Positions 57,765-64,000 of a DNA stretch of 64,000 bases are shown here, one piece after another. The notes under the pieces are model-generated. The model had not been told where the DNA came from. It saw nothing but the letters and a program-made list of their open reading frames with translations, and searched no databases. This stretch comes from Polyangiaceae bacterium. Lineage in GTDB: Bacteria; Myxococcota_A; Polyangia; Polyangiales; Polyangiaceae. Every line of letters starts with the position of its first letter. Position 1 is the first letter of the stretch. Both the position numbers and the translations under genes were made by a program. The stretch is taken from positions 1-64,000 of the forward strand of contig JAPSGB010000012.1 in assembly GCA_035063585.1 (NCBI GenBank). The letters run 5' to 3'.

Positions 57765-58127
57765 GTGCTCCCGAACCCGGACCGCACCCTCGCCGCGCTC
57801 GCCGATCCGACGCGGCGCGCGCTCGTCGAGCGACTCAGCCTGGGCGAGGCCCGGGTCGGAGAGCTCGCGGCGCCGTTCGCGATGTCGCTCGCCGCGGTGT
57901 CCAAGCACCTCGCCGTGCTCGAGCGCGCCGGGCTGGTTCGCCGCCGCGCGGAGGGGCGCGCGCGCCTCATCGCGCTCGAGCCCGAGCCGCTCCGCGAGCT
58001 CGAGGCGTGGGCGCGCCGGCAGCACGAACCGCGCTCGCATGACGGGTATCGGGCGAAGCGAGGCGGCGCTCAGCGCACGCTGTCCGGCACCTCGCCGATC
58101 GGCTGCTCGCGCTCGAGCGTGAAGTAG
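57765..58127 (+). CDS. ArsR/SmtB family regulator
   Basis: ALADPTRRALVERL, MSLAAVSKHLAVLERAGLV; GTG start after GAGG (alternative ATG 57753). The 3' end overlaps the convergent gene. Confidence 0.88.
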   Translation: MLPNPDRTLAALADPTRRALVERLSLGEARVGELAAPFAMSLAAVSKHLAVLERAGLVRRRAEGRARLIALEPEPLRELEAWARRQHEPRSHDGYRAKRGGAQRTLSGTSPIGCSRSSVK

Positions 58128-58621
58128 GTGGGGGTCGCGACCGCGCGTCCGGCGATGAAGAGGTAGCTCACGCCGAGCAGGGCGTCGGCGTCGTTCGGCG
58201 CGAGCGCGACCAGCGGATCCTTCACGAGGCGCTGCCAGGGTGGGTTCGGCGCGAGCGAGTAGTCGATGACGAGGCCGCGCGCGAACGGCCCTGGCAGCCG
58301 CGAGCGGTCCGGCGCGACCACGCCGTACGGCCAGGTCGTGAGCGCGCGACCGCGCCGCAGCTTGGGCCGGCTCGGGGCGTCGAGGCCGTCTTGCGCGAGC
58401 CGCACGTTCCAGCCGCGGAGCCGCCCGTCGGGGTGCCGCCAGAACGCCTTTTGGAACGTCTTCCAGGTGAGCTGCTCCACGAGCCAGGGCAGCCCGAGGC
58501 TCGTGCCGCGGTAGAGGTACCCCTCGAGCGCCGCCGGATCGATCGGGTACCCCTCGAGCAGGCGCGCTCTCAGCTCGGCGCGGGTGGCGGTGCGGAGCGC
58601 GCGCGCGAGCTCGAGGGACAT
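58070..58621 (-). CDS. hypothetical protein
   Basis: Aromatic-rich globular ORF (YLYRGTSLG...WKTFQKAF...YFTLER) downstream of the hydrolase on the same strand. Confidence 0.65.
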   Translation of the reverse strand: MSLELARALRTATRAELRARLLEGYPIDPAALEGYLYRGTSLGLPWLVEQLTWKTFQKAFWRHPDGRLRGWNVRLAQDGLDAPSRPKLRRGRALTTWPYGVVAPDRSRLPGPFARGLVIDYSLAPNPPWQRLVKDPLVALAPNDADALLGVSYLFIAGRAVATPTYFTLEREQPIGEVPDSVR

Positions 58622-58675
58622 CGCGGCCCAGTATAATACGCGCGCGCCGCCGGCCGCGACGGGCCGGAAAGAAAA

Positions 58676-59488
58676 TCAGGCCGCGGAGAGGTACGCCGGG
58701 TTCTGCGCGAGCTCGCGCTTCCACGCCTCGAGCAGCGCTCGGTTGTCGTGCTGCCACGGGTGGAAGTCGGGCCGATAGTACGCGAGATAGAGGCGGAAGA
58801 CGTTCCCGAAGCCGCCCGGCTCGACCAGCAGGAAGTGGAGCAGCTTTCGCCACTCGCCCGCGTCCCAGAGGATGCCGTCCGCGCGCATCATGCGCGCCTG
58901 CTGCTCGACGATCTTCGCCCAGAAGATGAGGCTCGCGCCAATCATCACCGCCACGCGCTCGGGGTACGGCGCGCCGACCAGCCGATAGACGTCGTACGCC
59001 ACCGCCTTGTGCTCGTTCTCTTCGGCCGCGTGCCACTTCCAGAGCGCCGACATCACCGGATCGGCGCCCTCGAGCAGGCGCGGATCGCCGAGGAGATAGT
59101 CGGCGAGGAGCGCCGTGAAGTGCTCGAGCGCGCAGGTCGCCGAGAGCTGCCAGCGCTTCGGCAGGCGCCGCGCGAAATCCAAGATCCGCTCGACGCGCTT
59201 TTCCATGTCGACCACGGGGAAGCCCTGCTCGACGAGCATCGCGTTATAGCGCCGGTGCTCGCGACTGTGCATTCCCTCCTGGGCGGTGAAGCCTTTGACC
59301 TCGTCGTCGAGGGCGGAGCCCCGCTCCACGCGGTCGCGGAACGCCTTCACGCTGGTGATGAAGAACGTCTCGCCGGCCGGGAAGAAGACGCTCAGGTTGT
59401 CGAAGAACAAGGTCACGGCGCGCCCGGCCGGGTGCCAGACGCGCGGGGTGCGGTCGCCGACCGCGAACTTGAGGTTTCTCACCTGCAT
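58676..59488 (-). CDS. predicted metal-dependent hydrolase (PF10118-like)
   Basis: SVFFPAGETFFI, QEGMHSREH, ALEHFTA, WHAAEENEHKAVAYDVY, FHPW. Start is 59488 or 59500. Confidence 0.88.
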   Translation of the reverse strand: MQVRNLKFAVGDRTPRVWHPAGRAVTLFFDNLSVFFPAGETFFITSVKAFRDRVERGSALDDEVKGFTAQEGMHSREHRRYNAMLVEQGFPVVDMEKRVERILDFARRLPKRWQLSATCALEHFTALLADYLLGDPRLLEGADPVMSALWKWHAAEENEHKAVAYDVYRLVGAPYPERVAVMIGASLIFWAKIVEQQARMMRADGILWDAGEWRKLLHFLLVEPGGFGNVFRLYLAYYRPDFHPWQHDNRALLEAWKRELAQNPAYLSAA

Positions 59489-59552
59489 GGGGAGGAGCAT
59501 GGGGACCCCCGGGCTTTTCGGGCAGGTCAGGCCGTGCCAAGCTATTGTCACT

Positions 59553-60578
59553 TTGGGCCAAATCGGCACGATCCCGGCAATTCACGCGGTCCAGCTCGCC
59601 GACGTGCTCGGCCTCCCGGCCGAGGAGCTGTTTGCCGGGACCGAGCTCACCCGCGACACGGCGACCCACCACGGCGCGCGGATGAGCGTCGCCGAGCTCG
59701 AGCGAGTGGTGGCGCGCGCGCGCGAGCTGTCCGGTGAGCCGGCGCTCGGCCTCCTCGTGGGGCTCGGCATGCGCGTGTCCGGCCACGGCGATCTCGGCTT
59801 CGCGGTGATGACCGCGCCGACCGCGCGCGCGGCGCTCGAGCTCGCGGTGCGCTTCGCCCCGACCCGCACCGACGTCATCGCGCTCCGCCTGCATGAGCAA
59901 GGCGGCGCGGCGGCCATCGTGCTCGACGAGCTCGTCTCGCTCGGCAGCGCGCGCGACGCCGTCCTCTTCGCACTCGGGGTCGGCATCTGGCAAATCGGCA
60001 ACGCGCTCACCGGGCGCGAGCTCTCCGGGGCCGCTGACTTCACCTTCGAGGAGCCCGGGTACTTCGAGCGCTTTCGCGCGGTCGCGCCGGGACCGATCCG
60101 CTTCGGTCAACCGCAGAACCAGCTGGTCTTCGACTCGGCGACCCTCGAGCTCCCGTTCCTGTTCGCCGATCCGGCCGCCTCCCGGCTCGCCAGCGAGCAC
60201 TGCGAGGAGCAGCTCCGCGTGCTTCGCCGCGGCGCGCACCTGGTCGTCGAGACGCGCGCGCTCGTGCTCGACCATCACCTGCCCGAGGTCGCGCGGCGCT
60301 TGCACCTGTCCGAGCGCACCCTCAAGCGCCGCCTCGCCGCGCACGGCACCAGCGTGAGCCGGCTCCGCGCCGAGCAGCGCCTCGAGCGCGCGCTCGTCCT
60401 GCTCCGCTCCGGCGCGCTCAGCGTCCAGCAGATCGCCGATCTCCTCGGCTACGCCGACGTCGCCAACTTCACCCGCGCCTTCCGGCGCTGGACGGGGCTC
60501 ACGCCGGGCGCGTACCGGCGCGGCGACGCGGCGCGCCCCGGCGAGCCAGCGACGACGGCGTGCGAGCCCGAGCGCTAG
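59553..60578 (+). CDS. AraC family regulator (OruR/Arabinose_bd_2 type)
   Basis: GEPALGL, HGDLGFAVMTAPT, LHLSERTLKRRL, LLGYADVANFTRAFRRWTG; start uncertain. Confidence 0.9.
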   Translation: MGQIGTIPAIHAVQLADVLGLPAEELFAGTELTRDTATHHGARMSVAELERVVARARELSGEPALGLLVGLGMRVSGHGDLGFAVMTAPTARAALELAVRFAPTRTDVIALRLHEQGGAAAIVLDELVSLGSARDAVLFALGVGIWQIGNALTGRELSGAADFTFEEPGYFERFRAVAPGPIRFGQPQNQLVFDSATLELPFLFADPAASRLASEHCEEQLRVLRRGAHLVVETRALVLDHHLPEVARRLHLSERTLKRRLAAHGTSVSRLRAEQRLERALVLLRSGALSVQQIADLLGYADVANFTRAFRRWTGLTPGAYRRGDAARPGEPATTACEPER

Positions 60579-60707
60579 CGCGAGGCGACGCCGGAGCGCG
60601 GGAGGCCTCAGCGGGAGGGGGCCGGTTCGGCGCGGAACCGCGCTGACCAGCCGTGGTCTGCGTCCGTACTTCACCGGCGATCCCCTCGGGCGCCGGCGGG
60701 GACTCCC

Positions 60708-61775
60708 TCACGGGCTCTCGAGCATCATGACCGTCCCATCGGCCTGGTTCGACCAGTAGACGCCGTCGGCGTCGGCCGCGATCGAAAACGGTGAGGCTTG
60801 ATGCTCGGCGAGGACCTCGGCTCCGGCGGTGCCCACCAGGGCGCTCGTGATGGTTCCGTCGGCGGCGTCGGTCACGTAGACGCGCGAGCCGAAGAGCGCG
60901 AGCCGGGTGGCCGAGCCGCCGGCCGCGAGGAGCGTCTCCGGCTCCTCGAGCGGCCGGTCGACGCCGAGCCGCCGCACCGAGCCGTCGCTGTTGGCCCAGT
61001 ACAAGAAGCCCTTCTGCGCGATGAGGTCGACCGGCCCAGGCTGCGCGACGGCGAAATCTACCGCCGCCGGTTGCCCGAGGGTAAGCCGCTGAATCGTGCT
61101 GATATTGTTGACGATGAACAGGTAGGAGCCGAAGCCGGCAGCCATGCTGTAGGCGTTCTCCACGTGGCCGCCGGGTTGTTGGTTGCGGTTGATGAGCGTC
61201 GTGGTGCTTCCATTGGTCGTCGAGACCGCAGCGACGCCGTCCTCGGTCGTCGCCAAGATCTGCAGGTTCCCTGCGCCGAGGTGTCTCAGCTGCCCGCAAG
61301 CGCCGACGAAGCAGTCTACCGTCTTCCAGTCGATGAGCGAGATGCGCGTGGCGAGCCCGGCCCCGCACGTTTCGTTAGCGACGTTATCGACGCCGGCGTA
61401 GAGCGACGTCCCGGCCAAGAGCAGGTCACGAGGGGCTCGTAGGCCGCTCGCGACCTCGCGGGGCGCTCCGGGGCGGGTCTTGTCGATGGCGAAGAGCTTC
61501 CCGTCGATGTTCGAGACGACGTATATGTTCGTCGCGTCGGTGGCGATCCCCCAGGGGAGGTTCAGCCCGGACGCCATGACGATGGGAGCGCCGCTCTCCG
61601 CGTCGGGTGGGAGCGCGCCGTCCTCCCCGCCGTCCTGCGTGGCGCCGGCGGCTCCTCCGCTGGCGGTGGAAGCGCTCGCATCGGCGAGGCTGCGCTCTTC
61701 GAGCCCGAGGATCTCGCTGCAGCCCAGGCTCGCGATCCAGGCTAGCGCGAGCGGCCAGAGGATTGATGAACGCAT
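60708..61775 (-). CDS. lipoprotein with beta-propeller (DUF5050/YWTD-like) repeats
   Basis: Lipobox SLGC then SEILGLEE; repeats IATDATNIY, FLYWAN and IAADADGVYW. Confidence 0.75.
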   Translation of the reverse strand: MRSSILWPLALAWIASLGCSEILGLEERSLADASASTASGGAAGATQDGGEDGALPPDAESGAPIVMASGLNLPWGIATDATNIYVVSNIDGKLFAIDKTRPGAPREVASGLRAPRDLLLAGTSLYAGVDNVANETCGAGLATRISLIDWKTVDCFVGACGQLRHLGAGNLQILATTEDGVAAVSTTNGSTTTLINRNQQPGGHVENAYSMAAGFGSYLFIVNNISTIQRLTLGQPAAVDFAVAQPGPVDLIAQKGFLYWANSDGSVRRLGVDRPLEEPETLLAAGGSATRLALFGSRVYVTDAADGTITSALVGTAGAEVLAEHQASPFSIAADADGVYWSNQADGTVMMLESP

Positions 61776-61776
61776 C

Positions 61777-62796
61777 TCAGAACTTCACCTCCGTCGAGAG
61801 CCCTGCCGACGTCGGCCCGGCGTAGGGGCGGACCGCGACCGCGCGCCCGCCCGATGGGGTCTTGGTGAGCCAGACGATGAGCGCGCCGCCGACCAGCGCC
61901 GCCCCACCGACCCCGAAGGCGATCGTGGAGAGCGTCGCGGAGCGATGCGCGGAGTCGTTGTCGTCCAACCCTTGCCGGGAACACGTGGTCAAGTCGCACG
62001 CGCGGTCCGCGTCGCGCTGCTTCGACAGCGCCCGGAGCCCGAAGTAGCTTCCGATCCCCACCCCCACCACGCCGACCCCGGCGATCACGTAGCCGGTCGT
62101 GTGCAGCGTCGAGTGGGTCGACGGCTCCGGCGACGGGGCGGCTCGCACGGGTTCACTCGACGGTGCCGGCGACGGAGTCGTCGGGGGCTCGGCCCGCGCC
62201 GTGTCTTCGAGCAGGGGCACTTTGAACACCGTCTCGCTCGGCCCCGCTGGGATGACGATGTCGGTGCGGAAGCGCGCCTTGCCGGGCGCCGAAAATTCGA
62301 TTCGATGGCTCCCCGGGTCGAGTGGGAACGGCTCGCCGAGCGCCGCGTGCCCGATGGGCGTGCCATCGATTCGGATTTCGGTGCCGTAGAAGAGCGTCTC
62401 GCCGCGGAGCGTCAGCTTCGAGAGCTTGCGTTCGATGGCCGCCGCGCGCTCGCGCGCCAGGCGGGCGCGGTCGGGCTGCCCCGCGCGGTCGGCGCGAGCG
62501 GCGGCGTCGTTGAACTCGATCCAGGCCGTCGCGGTCTTCCCCTCCGTCGCGTGGCAGGTCGCGAGGTACATGAGCGTGCCGACTTGCGGGTCGAGCCGCT
62601 CGCTCTCCGCGAGCTTGATACACGCCTCGGAGGTGCGGCCGCTCTTGATGAGCGACTGCGCCTCGCGGAACAGGGACTCGGCGAGCGGGCGCTGCGTCGG
62701 AGCTTCCTCAGCGGAGGCGACGCGAGCCGACGCGCCGCTCACGCCGAGCGCCGCTGCCAACCCCCACCATACGAGCCCATGGCTCCGGTTGGTCAA
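61777..62796 (-). CDS. exported TPR + PEGA-like protein with hydrophobic C-terminal segments
   Basis: AESLFREA...EACIKLAESERLDP.VGTL; IRIDG...PLDPGSHRI; Gly-rich hydrophobic helices; terminal Phe. Confidence 0.78.
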   Translation of the reverse strand: MTNRSHGLVWWGLAAALGVSGASARVASAEEAPTQRPLAESLFREAQSLIKSGRTSEACIKLAESERLDPQVGTLMYLATCHATEGKTATAWIEFNDAAARADRAGQPDRARLARERAAAIERKLSKLTLRGETLFYGTEIRIDGTPIGHAALGEPFPLDPGSHRIEFSAPGKARFRTDIVIPAGPSETVFKVPLLEDTARAEPPTTPSPAPSSEPVRAAPSPEPSTHSTLHTTGYVIAGVGVVGVGIGSYFGLRALSKQRDADRACDLTTCSRQGLDDNDSAHRSATLSTIAFGVGGAALVGGALIVWLTKTPSGGRAVAVRPYAGPTSAGLSTEVKF

Positions 62797-64000
62797 TAGC
62801 GCCCGCCCAAGTTGTCGAACGAATACGGTGAGGTCGTCGAGTTTCCGGGAGCGCGCTGCGGATGGGAAGCGGCTCTCGGCCGGCGCGGGCCAGCGGTGCT
62901 CGAGGGGAGGGCCTTCCGGCGCGGCTCGGAGGTCGCCACCGCGGGGAGCGCTAGCTCCGGCGGCGGCTCCTCGCCACCGGTCGCGGTCGTCCGCTCGGGG
63001 GTCGCTTCGGACCGTGGTGGGTCCGTCGCCGTCGCCTGCGAGGGCGCCGCTCGGGGCGTCGAAGCCGCGCTGACGCTGCGCTGGGCACTGGCCAACGCCA
63101 ATGCCCCGAGGCCCAGTGCGGCGAGCGACGCCAGCACCGCAGCGATCCGCCGGCGCCGTCGGCTCGTCGCGTGAGCCGCGTCCTCTCGGTCGAGTAGCCG
63201 CGGTTCCGTCGCGATAGCGAAGTCGTCTACCGGATCGACGGTGGTAGCTTCGCCGGGCAGGGTCGTCTCGCCCGACGGCGGCGTCTCGCCGGACGATGGC
63301 GGAAGGTCGGTTCGGATGGTGGCGACGAGCGCGGCGTCGTCCGCCTCCCGCGTCGCCTCGAGATGGTTGACGACGTCGGTGAGGTCCGGGATGCTGTCGG
63401 CGAGCGCTTCGATCGCGGCGACCTGCGCGGCGCGCGCTCCCATCCCAGGCCCGGACAGCTCGCGCATCCAGGCGGCCACCTCGCTGACCGACGCCGGGAC
63501 GACCGCGCGCTCGAGCGCAATCGCCATCTCGAGCGCCGTCGCGAAGCGCTCCTTCGGGTCCGTCGCGAGCCCCCGGAGCACGAGGTCGTCGAGCTCGGGA
63601 GCCGAGGGCCCCACGTGCGACGGAGGGAGCACCTCCGCGCCCCTCAGGCGGGCCCGCACGATGCTGGCGGCGTCGCCCTGGAAGAGCCGCTTGCCGGTGA
63701 GCACCTCCCAGAGCACGACCGCGATGGCGTAGATGTCGGCCTGACGAGTGACGACCTCCGAGCGGAGCTGCTCGGGCGCCATGTACGTGAGCTTGCCTTT
63801 GACGAGACCAGCGCGGGTGGTCTGGATGCGCCCGGCCGCCTTGGCCACGCCAAAATCGAGCACGCGCGTCATCCCGTCCTTACCAACGAACAGGTTCTGG
63901 GGAGAGACGTCGCGGTGGACGAGCTCGAGCGGTCGCCCCCGGTCGTCGAGCGCCTCGTGCGCCGCGTGGAGGCCGTGGAGGGCGCCCACGAGGATGCTCG
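62793..64000 (-). CDS. membrane Ser/Thr protein kinase (5' part outside the window)
   Basis: VHRDVSPQN, DFGVAK, KGKLTYMAPEQ; TM helix, Pro-rich tail ending LGGRY. Confidence 0.92.
   Translation of the reverse strand, partial: SILVGALHGLHAAHEALDDRGRPLELVHRDVSPQNLFVGKDGMTRVLDFGVAKAAGRIQTTRAGLVKGKLTYMAPEQLRSEVVTRQADIYAIAVVLWEVLTGKRLFQGDAASIVRARLRGAEVLPPSHVGPSAPELDDLVLRGLATDPKERFATALEMAIALERAVVPASVSEVAAWMRELSGPGMGARAAQVAAIEALADSIPDLTDVVNHLEATREADDAALVATIRTDLPPSSGETPPSGETTLPGEATTVDPVDDFAIATEPRLLDREDAAHATSRRRRRIAAVLASLAALGLGALALASAQRSVSAASTPRAAPSQATATDPPRSEATPERTTATGGEEPPPELALPAVATSEPRRKALPSSTAGPRRPRAASHPQRAPGNSTTSPYSFDNLGGRY

Noticed and set aside
56304..59036. 910-aa minus-strand ORF, and similar long Arg/Ala/Pro-rich ORFs (37576-39954, 38636-40663, 24262-26217, 20846-22753)
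   Set aside because: These are shadow frames over well-supported genes, expected at this GC content, and they carry no motifs.

Overview
Very high-GC chromosomal window, most likely from a myxobacterium (Polyangiaceae/Sorangiineae-like). That call rests on a MYXO-CTERM protease, an MglB homolog, GltA/GltB-like beta-barrels, three eukaryotic-type Ser/Thr kinases and PGRS-like lipoproteins. It holds about 60 CDS, including recO, tatD, kup, frr, a cystathionine synthase/lyase, ftsY, alkA, cutA and uppP, plus tRNA(CAT) and tRNA-His. I see no integrase, transposase, rRNA or CRISPR-cas. The strongest signals are mostly non-coding. (1) A remodelled c-di-AMP (ydaO-like) riboswitch fold sits in the kup leader, and its pseudoknot would pair with the Shine-Dalgarno. 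(2) A BlaI/M56-peptidase pair heads a CzcCBA-type metal efflux operon, with two copies of a TACTA(C/T)-N5-GTAG operator. (3) An accessory-looking block follows, with a Cys-rich DnrS-like GAF-BTAD regulator, a proteobacterial-type H-NS behind an AT-rich leader, and a 5 x 49-bp tandem repeat. Also notable are a TPR protein flanked by two apparently dead protease folds, an orphan mglB, and a protease gene whose end overlaps the tRNA(CAT) gene. All calls come from motif recognition by eye; no searches were run.
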